Assembly: GCA_964397315.1 (NCBI GenBank)
Contig: CAYNHV010000011.1
Location: forward strand, 1 to 39,282
Source of the DNA: an uncultured Methanosarcinales archaeon
GTDB lineage: Archaea; Nanobdellota; Nanobdellia; Woesearchaeales; UBA12501
Reading direction: 5' to 3'
DNA length: 39,282 nucleotides
How positions within the stretch are numbered: position 1 is the stretch's first letter; each line of letters begins with the position of its first letter. Below are positions 1 to 10,304 of the stretch, piece after piece. Under the pieces are notes generated by a model that searched no databases, was not told where the DNA came from, and saw only the letters and a list, made by a program, of their open reading frames with translations. The position numbers and the translations under genes are program-made.

Positions 1-165
1 GCTTACACTTGAACAGAGTAATGCCGTTCTGGTGGAGAACTCAGGAGGAATTCCTTTCCCCCTTCACAATGAGCAGTAATTTAACTCATAAACAGGGCGG
101 TGGCAATGTCGGGAGGATTCATTATATTCACTAAACTAAGATCAGGAGGGGTTACTGATATAACC
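1..165 (+). repeat. Partial copy (3' part) of a dispersed structured non-coding element
   Basis: Bases 1-55 are identical to 33524-33578. Similarity continues downstream (aactcataaacagggcggtggcaatgtc vs aactcacaaacagcgcggttgcaatatc). Confidence 0.9.
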
Positions 166-198
166 CTGTAATCTGGAAAGTGAGAGGTCTTGGGTCTC

Positions 199-987
199 TC
201 ATTTTTTGACTTTTGCCCCTCCCGCAGGTATGGCCCTTATTATGTCATCAAGGTCCCCTCCTGTCGCTGCCTTCACTTTTTTTGCAACAGCAGCTGTCTT
301 CTCCCTGCCCGGCATCAGCTCAACATACCTGCTGCAGTGCGCCTTAACAGCAGAGAGAGGGCCTCCCATCACAGCTCCGTTATCCAGGGTTCCGATAGCA
401 AGGCTTATGCCTGCAGAGACATAGTTTGTCTTCCCTCTTATCATAAAGGAGCCTTTTCCCATGTACTCGCCTGACTCTGTGCTCTTGCTCACTTGCTCAG
501 GCATTACCCAGAACGCCTTGCAGCTTCCAAGCCCGAGCTTCCACGCTTTTGAGTATGTGCAGACAGCGTCAGCCGCCTCTTTAACTGTCTGCTCTCCTGT
601 TTCTTTGCTCTCAGGATTCTTCACGACAAAGAAAGGGGAGCCTGCCATGTCAGTGTGAAACACAAGATCATTACTCTCTGTGTGCTTTTTTATTATGACC
701 TCGTTTGTGGTTGCGTCCCTCCCACCTATGACAAGGAATCCCTCTGAGCTGTAGAACCACCTGAATTTCTCATACCACTCCTTTTTTCTCTGGACAGCGC
801 TCTCCTTTTCTTTCTCTTTTTTCTCCTCTGCCTTCCTGACTCTCTTCTCTTCTGCTGCAAGCTTTTTCTTTAGCTTTTCAACCGCCTCCTCAGCGCCTTC
901 TGCCTTTTTTCTTGCCTTTTTTGCCTTTTCGAAATAGTCAGATGCGTTCTCTTCAAGGGACTTGCTGATGTCAATTGACAGCTCCAT
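199..987 (-). CDS. NFACT RNA-binding domain (DUF814) protein; C-terminal half of an archaeal Rqc2/NEMF homologue
   Basis: Coiled coil (SLEENASDYFEKAKK) followed by WYEKFRWFYSSEGFLVIGGRDATTNE, FHTDMAGSPF and GEYMGKGSFMIRGK, typical of NFACT-R. Confidence 0.9.
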   Translation of the reverse strand: MELSIDISKSLEENASDYFEKAKKARKKAEGAEEAVEKLKKKLAAEEKRVRKAEEKKEKEKESAVQRKKEWYEKFRWFYSSEGFLVIGGRDATTNEVIIKKHTESNDLVFHTDMAGSPFFVVKNPESKETGEQTVKEAADAVCTYSKAWKLGLGSCKAFWVMPEQVSKSTESGEYMGKGSFMIRGKTNYVSAGISLAIGTLDNGAVMGGPLSAVKAHCSRYVELMPGREKTAAVAKKVKAATGGDLDDIIRAIPAGGAKVKK

Positions 988-1126
988 GAGTATCCGGGAG
1001 TCATAAGAAAGAGCATGTTTTTAAAGTCTTTGGTGGCAGAGCTGTATAGGCTGAATGGCAGGAAGACAGCACAAGCCCATGCAAAAACAGGATACCAAAA
1101 GAAGAATACCAAAAGAAACAGGATTT

Positions 1127-4100
1127 TCAGGCCTGGTCTTTTCTTTTTGCCTTCAGAACAAGAAGAACCACAAGAGCCACCAGCGCCACTGCCGCGATTA
1201 TCCCTCCTGCAACACTCCTTGAGGGCTCTTCAGGCCCTGCAAGAGCCTCCGGCTTATGCTCTTCAGGGGGCTGGACTGCCTCTTCCTCTTCAGCTGGGGC
1301 TTCCTCCAGCCCTGCAGCTTCCTCCTTTGGAGGGGCTGCCTCAACTTCCTCTTTTATTGCAAGCTGTTTAAGGCTGAGCTTTGCCACATTGTCCTCTACA
1401 TACGTTGACTTGACCATCACATCATTTGTGCCGTCCTCGTCAATGTCAAGCTCTGCCATCTCCTCATTGTCAAGCGTGAAGTACCTGTATCCCTCAAATG
1501 ATATTCTCGTCACCTCCTCGGTGACATATATCAGCTCCATCCTGAATTCCTTGTCCTTTATGCTGAACGATATCTTGTCCCCTGCGCTCGCTGTGCCTGA
1601 GTAAACATATGATGCTGCTCTTCCTCCTGTGGCGTTTCCTGCAATAACAGAGCCTCCTCCGCCACCGCCGCCGCTATCGCTGTCATCATCTGTGGTAGTG
1701 GCTGCTGTGTAATCTCCAGGCTCTCCGCCGTACCACCTTGAGAACTCGCAGGGTATCTCCCATACGCAGTAACTGGATCCTGAGCTGTTCAGCGTTGCCT
1801 CGCTTGTCCTGTCAACGCAGTTCTCCCCGTTGTTGTCGCAGTGATAGAGCTTGTTGCAGTTCCCGCTGCCTGGAACCTTTATGTGGCACTTCTCAGGGAA
1901 CAGGTTGTTTATTATCTTGTCCCTTGTCTTTTCTATCATTCCCACATATCCTATTGTGGCTCCTGAGGATGTCGTGGCTGTTCCCTCCTCAAGGGCATTA
2001 GCTCCGCTGATGTTCCTTATCTTCGGCCTCGTGCCCGTCTTTGTCAGCCTCACATTCAGGAACTCAAAGTATGATGAGTTGTCTGACTTCATAAGCTTTA
2101 TGTTCGCGCCTCTTCCTGTTGTGTAATTTGTTTTCATCCCTGCCTTTGGAGAGCACTCATTGCCCTGCCAGTGCTCGTATGTGTTGTCAGCATCCAGGTC
2201 ATAATATATCTCCCATGTGCTTGGCTTGTTTATCCTTGTAACAAAATTGCAGAACCCGCAGTCATCAGCAGGCTCTGTTGTGAAGTTTGAGCACTTGCTG
2301 CTTCCGCACTTGCCGTTCTCGTCGCATATCTTTATCTTGTAGTAATACACAGTGCTCTCACTAAGGTCATAGCCGAGCTTCCTGTCATATATCTCAACAT
2401 AGTCCTTGAGTTCATACATTCCCCTGGACAGGGCATCGCTGCTTACAGAAGCATTTAGGGACTTGCAGCTGCTGTCAGTGCCGTAAAATGAGAGGTTTGT
2501 ATTGGCGAGCTTGTCTGTGAATAAGGCCATGAATACCGCATCAGGGTATGTCTCCTTGTACATGGACTGCACCAGTGGTGTTTTTGTGTCAGTATAGCCT
2601 TGAGCCTCAACACCATACTGGTTCTCAACGCAGAACTTGTGGCCCTCGCACTCCCAGTTCGCGCATCCTGCCTGGGTAAAGCAGTTGATCTCTGAATTAT
2701 CAACATATCCCTTGTCCATTCCTGCTTTTGAGTTTGACTTTGTCTTGTCGCTCTCAAATCCGTACATATTGAAATCATCAAAGCTGAAGTCATAAGCCCC
2801 TGCAGTCGCGTATCCCACATTGTCAACATAATCATCAGGGTTTGTCTCGTTCTTTCCCTTTCCCGCGCTTGCGACATACACCCTCATTTCATTGTCTGCT
2901 GAGACATTAATGTCTCCTTTTTCCACAGCTATCATCGCGCCTCCGACTTCGCTGCACATCTTCTGCCTTGAGCTTGTCGGCACTATTCCTGAGGTTGTAG
3001 TCCAGCTTCCTCCTGAGCACTTGTACGCCTTCGGATTCTCGTTGACTGTCTGGGTTGAGGTATCATACACCCATGAGTTGCTGAAGTAGTATTCAAATCC
3101 TGACTGCTCGTTATCTCTTGAATCACATCCGGTCTGGTCGTTGCCGTCAGAGTCAATATACCAGTAGAATTTTGTTGTATTATCCCCGTTTCCTGAATTG
3201 CCAAGGCTGGCGATGTACTTGTTATTGCATGCTGCTGCCTCAGCCACATCCCTGACCTGTACGCCGAATCCGTATGCATCAGGAAGGTCCTTAAGCCCGA
3301 ATCCGGTTATGTCTATCTCTGCCTGGGATACATCATTGGAAGCGTCTGTTCCAAGAGGTATGGGAGCTCCCCCTTCCATCTTGCCGAAGAACTGGGCGCT
3401 GTTGGCTGGGTCGCACCAGCCTGTAATCCACCTGCATCCTGATGTTCCGGAGCATGACTCGCTTGTTCCCTTGCTGAAGCATATGGGCTCGCAATCGTTG
3501 CCTGTACTCTGACAGAGAGCATGGGCGTCACACAGGCTGAGGTTGCTTTCAAGAGTTTCATTCCAATGGCATTCAAAGGGCTTCTCGTCACAGAAGCCTC
3601 CCTGGGAGTTCCAGATGCATTTTCCACCGGTGAGTGTTGCATTCTCGCAGGCTGACTGGCTGTATGAGTACTGAGGACAGTCGCTTGAAAAGTCAATGTC
3701 GCAGAAAGGCTGTGATTCAGAGAACCAGCCGCATCCAAGCTGGCCTTCGCAGGCTGTCTGGTTTCCGTCATGCTTAAAGCAGCTCATCCCCATTCCTCCC
3801 ATTCCCTGCATCTCTCCTCCTCCCATGCCTGGCATCATCTCCCCTCCAAATCCAGGAGGGTCGCAGAATCCGCTCATCCATGTGCATCCCGCATTCTCGC
3901 ATAATGTCTGGTTGGACTGGGACCAGCAGGAGTCTTCTCCTCCTGACATCATCTTTCCCTCGCAGTATCCGCCGCTTGGTGAGTAATCATCAGTTATCCA
4001 CATGCACCAGTCAGAGTTTGCCTGGCATTCTGACTTGTTTTCATCATACTGGAAGCACGCAAAGCTCACGTGATCGCAGTAGCCTGCAGAATCTCCCTGG

Positions 4101-5557
4101 CTCTCGCACCATGAATCAAGATACCAGTTGCACGGCAGGACACCGCTGCTGTCTTCTGTTCCTGCTGTCTCGCATGTTGCATTGCCGTCCATGTCATGCT
4201 GGATGCAGTCGTACCATTCTCCCTCATAGTTGGGGTCGGGATCGCAGTAGCCTCCTGACTCAGAGCAGTAATCATCAATGACCCATGTGCAGTTATTGAT
4301 CTGGCCTGATGAGCCCTCGCAATCAGATTGGGAGAGGTCCATGCAGTTACTTCCCTTGTCCCAATTCTCCTCGCAGAATCCTCCGAAGCCTGAGTGCCAG
4401 TCGCATCCCTCGGCCTCGCACGCTGTCTGGTTGGTGCCGTCATATGAGTAGCAGTTTGCACCGGGCATGTCGCACCATTCACCCCATGTCTCGCTCATCC
4501 AGACACAGCCGGCATCAGAGCAGCTTGTCTCGTCATTATATCCGAAGCAGTCAAGGCCCACGTCAGTGAACTCAGCAAAGCACTCTCCAAAGCACATTGA
4601 GTCAGCGCAGTCTATCTTGCCGTCAGAATTGTCATCCTTGCCGTTGTCGCATATCTCCATCTGGTCAGCTCCTGACTGTGGAAGGCAGCCGTCGGTCTCG
4701 TCCCACTTGCACTGGGCATCCATGCCCGTGTCTCCTCCTTTTGCGCCCTTGTTCACGCAGCTCTTTTGCGAGCCGCATTTCGTGCACTTGTCCTCGCAGG
4801 TTTTCTCTGTCTGGGGGGCGCACTTTCCCTTTGACTCATCATTAGGATAGTCAGCATCAGGAATCCACTTGCATTTGGCGTCGCTGTTCCTGCAAAAGCT
4901 GGAAGGCCTGTCTGCTGAGTCCTCTGCAGAAGGGCTTCCATAGTAGTAGCATGATGCGCAGTCATCATCGCAGTCTCCTGCAATGCCCTTCTTTATCTCC
5001 TCATTCACCCTGCACTTTCCATATCCGTTTTCAGCTGTTGAATCCTCTGTAAAGTCGCATATTCCGGAGTCAGAACCCATGCAGGCCTTTTTTGCCTTGC
5101 TGAGAGAGGACCATGCTGTCCTGTCGCTCTTGTAATCGCAGGCGCTGCAGTGCAGGTTGCAGTTCGTCTTCTCCTCAAACTTCATCTCGCACCTGCCTGT
5201 TGATATTGTGGCATTCCCCTGGCAGTAGCTTTCAGTCACCCACTGCCCTCCTGCTGCCTCGCAGTTCTTCCTGTTCTCAAGTTTGAGTATATTTTTTTCT
5301 CCTGTGCCGAAAACATCATCCTCCTTGAATTTGCACCTTTCTGTATTGTTGTTCCATTCGCATGGCATATACCATGGGTCTCCTGCTATCTTCTTGCATA
5401 GTGTCTCGTCATTCCATGAGTTGTAATCGTCGCAGAACATGGCTCCTTCAGGGGGCTCTTCCATGCTGTCCCAGCATATGGTGCTGTACTTGTCAGGTAT
5501 GCATCCTGTGCCGTTCCACTTGCAGCAGGTTGAGAGCATGGGGATCTTGTTGCACAT
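1127..5557 (-). CDS. Large cysteine-rich, C-terminally membrane-anchored surface protein (possibly 5'-truncated)
   Basis: 1476-aa ORF with many C-x-W repeats, an EICDNGKDDNSDGKIDCAD metal-binding-like motif, an FN3-like segment, a poly-Gly linker and a C-terminal TM (IIAAVALVALVVLLVL-KAKRK). No signal peptide. Confidence 0.8.
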   Translation of the reverse strand: MCNKIPMLSTCCKWNGTGCIPDKYSTICWDSMEEPPEGAMFCDDYNSWNDETLCKKIAGDPWYMPCEWNNNTERCKFKEDDVFGTGEKNILKLENRKNCEAAGGQWVTESYCQGNATISTGRCEMKFEEKTNCNLHCSACDYKSDRTAWSSLSKAKKACMGSDSGICDFTEDSTAENGYGKCRVNEEIKKGIAGDCDDDCASCYYYGSPSAEDSADRPSSFCRNSDAKCKWIPDADYPNDESKGKCAPQTEKTCEDKCTKCGSQKSCVNKGAKGGDTGMDAQCKWDETDGCLPQSGADQMEICDNGKDDNSDGKIDCADSMCFGECFAEFTDVGLDCFGYNDETSCSDAGCVWMSETWGEWCDMPGANCYSYDGTNQTACEAEGCDWHSGFGGFCEENWDKGSNCMDLSQSDCEGSSGQINNCTWVIDDYCSESGGYCDPDPNYEGEWYDCIQHDMDGNATCETAGTEDSSGVLPCNWYLDSWCESQGDSAGYCDHVSFACFQYDENKSECQANSDWCMWITDDYSPSGGYCEGKMMSGGEDSCWSQSNQTLCENAGCTWMSGFCDPPGFGGEMMPGMGGGEMQGMGGMGMSCFKHDGNQTACEGQLGCGWFSESQPFCDIDFSSDCPQYSYSQSACENATLTGGKCIWNSQGGFCDEKPFECHWNETLESNLSLCDAHALCQSTGNDCEPICFSKGTSESCSGTSGCRWITGWCDPANSAQFFGKMEGGAPIPLGTDASNDVSQAEIDITGFGLKDLPDAYGFGVQVRDVAEAAACNNKYIASLGNSGNGDNTTKFYWYIDSDGNDQTGCDSRDNEQSGFEYYFSNSWVYDTSTQTVNENPKAYKCSGGSWTTTSGIVPTSSRQKMCSEVGGAMIAVEKGDINVSADNEMRVYVASAGKGKNETNPDDYVDNVGYATAGAYDFSFDDFNMYGFESDKTKSNSKAGMDKGYVDNSEINCFTQAGCANWECEGHKFCVENQYGVEAQGYTDTKTPLVQSMYKETYPDAVFMALFTDKLANTNLSFYGTDSSCKSLNASVSSDALSRGMYELKDYVEIYDRKLGYDLSESTVYYYKIKICDENGKCGSSKCSNFTTEPADDCGFCNFVTRINKPSTWEIYYDLDADNTYEHWQGNECSPKAGMKTNYTTGRGANIKLMKSDNSSYFEFLNVRLTKTGTRPKIRNISGANALEEGTATTSSGATIGYVGMIEKTRDKIINNLFPEKCHIKVPGSGNCNKLYHCDNNGENCVDRTSEATLNSSGSSYCVWEIPCEFSRWYGGEPGDYTAATTTDDDSDSGGGGGGGSVIAGNATGGRAASYVYSGTASAGDKISFSIKDKEFRMELIYVTEEVTRISFEGYRYFTLDNEEMAELDIDEDGTNDVMVKSTYVEDNVAKLSLKQLAIKEEVEAAPPKEEAAGLEEAPAEEEEAVQPPEEHKPEALAGPEEPSRSVAGGIIAAVALVALVVLLVLKAKRKDQA

Positions 5558-5890
5558 TGTCTTGCCTGTAAGATTGTAGCAGTGTATCTCGTCATCATTT
5601 CAAAATCCTGCACGAGCATTCATATCCCTGCGCTTTCTTCTCTGCAACTCCTGCAAATGATTGTCTTTTGATTGAATGGTGGTAAGAAATTGAATAGACT
5701 ATTTAAAGTTTTTGTTTGAGTCTGAAAGCTGTGCTGTTAATGATTAATTTTTATCTAAAGGGAGATAATTTAGAGAGCATGATTATCATAACCTTGGAGG
5801 GGAAAATGATGGACATAATAAATGTACAATGATAGTCATAGACAGTAGCCGCAGACAGCCATGATTTCTGAGATGTTTTCCAGGATGTTC

Positions 5891-6787
5891 TTACAGCCCC
5901 TGCGCAATGCTTATCACAAGGAAAGCGAGTGTCATGAGGATCAGAGAGTGCTTCATGCCAGGGTATATCTCTCCCTCAGCAAGCTTTCCTATGACAAGGC
6001 CTGTGAACATGCCCTGGATGAGGGCTATCATGAGGAATATCCCTCTCAGGCTCATGAACCACTGGACTGTTGAGTCTGCAAATGAGTCAAAGGATGAAAA
6101 GTCAATCTCAACATCCTCTATTATCCCCCCTAAGGGGTTTATTATGCCTTCTGTTGTCTCTTCAGCAGCAGGAGCTCCGAGGCTGGAAACATAGGGGACA
6201 ACAAGGTTCTGCACTATTATCATTATGACGAGGAACACGCAGAATATCACGTAGCTCTGTATGATCTGGCTGTGAATGTTCGCCTTCCTCTTGTCCTTCA
6301 TTTTCTTTATATCAATGACTGACCGGGTGACTGTCTCAAGAACATCCTCAATGTTTCCGCCTGCCTGCTCTGCCTCAATCACAGTGGCTATGGCTCTCTT
6401 TATCACCGCATTGTTCGTGTCGTGCGCGAACACCATAAGGGCCTTGTGCACGGGGATTGCCCACTCTATCTGGTTAGCCAGTTTTTTTACATAAGGCGAG
6501 AGGTCTCCGAAATCAGTCTTGGATACATGAACTATTGCTTTTGACATGGGCATTCCTGACCTTATGGCTCCGACAAGGTACCTCACAAAGTCAGGGAATC
6601 TTGCCTCCAGGTTTTTCTGCCTCTGAATCTCAACAAAGAAGTCTATCCAGTACTGGCTCCACCCTATGGTCACGGCTATTACAATGAGGGGGATGAACCA
6701 CAGCGTGTCTGTGAAGAACAGGATGTCCAGGAACAGGACTATTATTCCCAGGGCGATCGATGCTATGTGTCTTCTCTCAAGCTTCAT
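5891..6787 (-). CDS. Type II secretion system F family (TadC/FlaJ-like) pilus membrane protein
   Basis: LEARFPDFVRYLVGAIRSGMP ... EQAGGNIEDVLE T2SSF signature, several TM helices, pilus locus context. Confidence 0.9.
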   Translation of the reverse strand: MKLERRHIASIALGIIVLFLDILFFTDTLWFIPLIVIAVTIGWSQYWIDFFVEIQRQKNLEARFPDFVRYLVGAIRSGMPMSKAIVHVSKTDFGDLSPYVKKLANQIEWAIPVHKALMVFAHDTNNAVIKRAIATVIEAEQAGGNIEDVLETVTRSVIDIKKMKDKRKANIHSQIIQSYVIFCVFLVIMIIVQNLVVPYVSSLGAPAAEETTEGIINPLGGIIEDVEIDFSSFDSFADSTVQWFMSLRGIFLMIALIQGMFTGLVIGKLAEGEIYPGMKHSLILMTLAFLVISIAQGL

Positions 6788-6920
6788 TTTATTCAGTCCT
6801 CCCTGTCCTTTTTATCCTCTTGACATCCGGTTCGTTTCCATTGAGCTTCATTGGCCTCATTGTTTTCATCGGCATTTTTCATCAGCATCATTGATATCTT
6901 TCTCCTGCTCATTATTCTCT

Positions 6921-9914
6921 TCACACCTCAGGCTGTGTCATGCTTATGAATATGAGGAAGATTATGTTAAGGAGGGGTATGACCACGTAAGCGCCGAGCA
7001 CAATGAGCACATTGATGTCCATTCCACCTATGTTTCCGCCCAGCATGCTTACAAGCGAGAGGGCAACTATGAAGAACAGCGGAGCTGCGATGAGTATGCC
7101 TGTGTACACGTCAGAGTAGGTTGAGATTGTCTCCATGTATTTCTGCCTTTCCAGATCATAGGAGCTCATCGCTTCTGACGCCTTTTCCTTCAGGTAATTC
7201 TTTATGTCGCTTCCTGACTCTATGGATGATACCATTCCCTCCAGGAATTCCTTTAGTGTCTCGGATGGAACTGTAAGCGAAACAGACCTTATGGCTGTAA
7301 GGAGATCATACCCGAAAAGCTCAACATACTCCACCACCTTGCCCAGCTCAACCGCGACCTCTCCGTACTCCTCTGACTCAACAAGCAGCTTGAACATCCT
7401 TGTCGGAGGGACTCCTGAGCCCGCAACCGCGGATATGTGGTTTATTGCAAAAGGAATGTTGGTGTTGATGCTCCTCTCCCTTGAGCGCGCCTTTATTGAA
7501 GGGTACATATAGAAGAGTATGAAAACTATGGCAGTCATTATGACAGCCATCATGAATGCCTTGGGCACTATAACAAAGAGGGGATTCTCAACAATCAGGA
7601 AGAACAGCGAGAAAAGAACAAATGAGGCCCCGAATGCTATTATTGTGGAGAGCATCATTATGTTGACGTAAGTGTTTGAGAGGATGGGCATATTAGCCAG
7701 CCTTAGCGAGTCATACAGCTTTTTGAACAGGGAGGGAAACCTGTCTATGAGGTAGAATGTTATCCTCCTCAGGAGCGTGTTTGCGACAGAGCCGAAATAG
7801 GATGGCTGGTATATCTGGAACCTCTTCTTTTCCTTCATGATCCCCTTTATCTTCTCAACTTCTTCTGTGAGCATGGTCTTGGATACCTTTTCCTCCTCAA
7901 ACTCAGGCACTATTTTCTTTCTCAGGGCGCTGGCCTGCATTGCAGAGGGAATTTCAGTCTTGTCTGCTACAAACTTCCTCTCCTCCTCAGAAAGCCTCCT
8001 GTACCATGCCTTTATGGGAGCTATGATGGATGAAGCTATCCTGACCCCCGGCTTTTTGAAAGGCTCAGGCACTTCTGTCTGCCGCTTCTTTTCCTCAGCT
8101 TTTGCCACAGGCGCTTCCGGCTCCGCCTCCTCTGCTGCCTTTTCCTTTGCAGGCTTGGGGGTCTCTGACAGCACTTTTTCAGCCCCTTCAGCAGGCTTTT
8201 TCACCTTTTTCAGGATTGAGGAGGGTATGCCTGATGCTTTTCTTGCAGCAGAGCCTGCTGCTGTCCTTATCACAGAGAAGAAATTGCCTCTTTTTGGGGC
8301 CGGAGCAGGGACTGCCTCTTTTTCCCTCTCTCTTTCCTCTTTTTCTTTCAGTTTCTCTTTCTTTTTCGCTGCCAGTGCCTCTTTCTTTTGGGCAGCAGTC
8401 TGCCGCTTCTTCTCCTTAAGACTTTCCTTCCTCTCTCCAATGCCCCTCATGAAGTAATGCAGCCTTATCATCAGCAGCTTCAGCTTTATGCTTAGGGGCT
8501 CTCCTGAGTCGCCGGCTTTAAGGGATGATATGTCCTTGTTTATGCTGTCAACATGATCAATCATCTTCCTGAGGGCCTTGTCCTCCTCAGGCTTAAGCTC
8601 TATCTTAGGCTCTTTTTCCCCTGATTTTTCTCCTGACTTCACCGCGCTCTTGAGGGTTTCCAGAAATGATTTTTGAGGTGGCGGAGATGCTGCAGCATAT
8701 TCTTTCTGCTTTTTCTCCTGCTTCTGCTCTTTATGCTCATGCTTTCCTGGCTTTCTCTTTCTGACGCCTTTTGCAGCCTTCCTGATTCCTGAGGACACTC
8801 TTGATATCTTTTCCAGCAGCCTGCTGAAGGGGCTTTTTGCCTTCAGATGCCAGGGAACTTTTTCATCTCCTGCCTTCTTGCGCTCTTCTTGCACTGTTTT
8901 ATCCTTCTTTTCTCCGGGTTTTGCGCTGCTGAAATCCTTTTCAGACACTGTCACTGGCCTTGCTTTCTCTGGCCTTATCCTCTCCAGGCCGAGTTTTTCC
9001 CTTATTCTGCTCAGCAGTGAGGGCTTTCCCGCCCTCTTTAGTTTCCTTTCTATGCTCTTTTTTGACCTCTCCACATCCTTCAAGAAAAAGCGCTCTGATA
9101 TCCTTTCAGACAACAGCTTTTTTCTGGCTTTCCAGACTTTATTCTCTTTTCCTCTCCTGCTTCTGCTTTTTTCTTCATGAGGACTGACCAGTGATTCAAC
9201 AAATTCCCTCAGAAACTTCTTTCTTTTTTCCAGCTCTTCATCAGTAAGCTTCCTGCCGTATTTTTTCATGCCCTGGATCGCGCTTTCCTCTTCTTCAGGC
9301 TTTTGCTCGTCTATGCTGTCAAGCTTTATCTCTGCGCCGGGCTTCAGAGAGCTCTTCAGCCTTGATATTATTGACGGCCTTTTTATCTCCACAAAGCTGT
9401 AATCCTCATCATCCTGCTTCCTGCCCCCTCTGCCCCTGCCTGGCTGTTCCTTTCCAAGGGTTTCTGTCTCAGGCTCTTCAGGCTCTTTCTCAGATGCCTT
9501 TTCTGCAGGAGCTGCGCTTGCTTCTGCTGTTTCTCCTGCTGCCTCTCCTTTTGCCTTTTCTTCTGATTTTCCTTCCGCTTTTTCCTTTTTTGACGCTTTG
9601 CCTGAGATGCTGAGATTCTCGGCAGACCTGTCGTGATAGATTGAGTACATCACCTGCGAGAGCAGGGGCTCAATATTCTTGAGAAGAGAGTAGGTGTAGC
9701 TGTTGTAATACTCAACCCATTCCTTTTTTGACTTGCCTTTCAGAAGGGAGTCAAGAAGGTTCTTGTATTCATTGTATGAGTATTTTCCCTCCTGATAATC
9801 CTCATAAAGTTTTTCCGCGCTGCCTGTCAGCTTTTTCTTGTAGAACTCATAGCTCTCTATCTCGGATATGATCTCCAGGATCCTTTTGATTATCTTCTTG
9901 GTATCCTTGTACAT
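6921..9914 (-). CDS. Type II secretion system F family (TadB/FlaJ-like) protein with a very long charged N-terminal extension
   Basis: The C-terminal ~290 aa contain SINTNIPFAINHISAVAGSGVPP, YGEVAVE and ESGSDIKNYL plus TMs. The N-terminal ~700 aa are mostly Lys/Glu-rich. Confidence 0.88.
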   Translation of the reverse strand: MYKDTKKIIKRILEIISEIESYEFYKKKLTGSAEKLYEDYQEGKYSYNEYKNLLDSLLKGKSKKEWVEYYNSYTYSLLKNIEPLLSQVMYSIYHDRSAENLSISGKASKKEKAEGKSEEKAKGEAAGETAEASAAPAEKASEKEPEEPETETLGKEQPGRGRGGRKQDDEDYSFVEIKRPSIISRLKSSLKPGAEIKLDSIDEQKPEEEESAIQGMKKYGRKLTDEELEKRKKFLREFVESLVSPHEEKSRSRRGKENKVWKARKKLLSERISERFFLKDVERSKKSIERKLKRAGKPSLLSRIREKLGLERIRPEKARPVTVSEKDFSSAKPGEKKDKTVQEERKKAGDEKVPWHLKAKSPFSRLLEKISRVSSGIRKAAKGVRKRKPGKHEHKEQKQEKKQKEYAAASPPPQKSFLETLKSAVKSGEKSGEKEPKIELKPEEDKALRKMIDHVDSINKDISSLKAGDSGEPLSIKLKLLMIRLHYFMRGIGERKESLKEKKRQTAAQKKEALAAKKKEKLKEKEEREREKEAVPAPAPKRGNFFSVIRTAAGSAARKASGIPSSILKKVKKPAEGAEKVLSETPKPAKEKAAEEAEPEAPVAKAEEKKRQTEVPEPFKKPGVRIASSIIAPIKAWYRRLSEEERKFVADKTEIPSAMQASALRKKIVPEFEEEKVSKTMLTEEVEKIKGIMKEKKRFQIYQPSYFGSVANTLLRRITFYLIDRFPSLFKKLYDSLRLANMPILSNTYVNIMMLSTIIAFGASFVLFSLFFLIVENPLFVIVPKAFMMAVIMTAIVFILFYMYPSIKARSRERSINTNIPFAINHISAVAGSGVPPTRMFKLLVESEEYGEVAVELGKVVEYVELFGYDLLTAIRSVSLTVPSETLKEFLEGMVSSIESGSDIKNYLKEKASEAMSSYDLERQKYMETISTYSDVYTGILIAAPLFFIVALSLVSMLGGNIGGMDINVLIVLGAYVVIPLLNIIFLIFISMTQPEV

Positions 9915-9929
9915 CCTGCACCGCCTCTG

Positions 9930-10157
9930 TCAAGCCCCTTTGTGATGGCTTACAGCCCCCTCTTTTTCCCTCTGCTTTATTATCTTCTTGCTCTCAATGC
10001 AGAGTTTCAGCATCTGATCCCTGGCGAAGTCCATTTTTGCCTTCACGTCATTGAGCTCCTTCCCGCTGCTTATGTTCCTCCTGCCAAGGTCATTATAGAA
10101 GTCAAGCAGGGCTGAAAGCTTCCTTACTTTTTTTCTCAGTCTTTCTATTTCTGACAT
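9930..10157 (-). CDS. Small helical/coiled-coil hypothetical protein in the pilus operon
   Basis: 75-aa ATG ORF with a purine-rich RBS, co-oriented between the ATPase and T2SSF genes. Confidence 0.65.
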   Translation of the reverse strand: MSEIERLRKKVRKLSALLDFYNDLGRRNISSGKELNDVKAKMDFARDQMLKLCIESKKIIKQREKEGAVSHHKGA

Positions 10158-10304
10158 CTTGTCCCCCCGACAAATGCTCTTAAGCTGCTGAAGCGCAATC
10201 TGCTCCAGAGATATTTATCCTCTCCAGAGGCCTTTAATTTCTGTTATCTCTTTGCACTTTAATACTCTGCCTGTATCTTCTGCTCACGCCCTCTAAAGGT
10301 CTAT

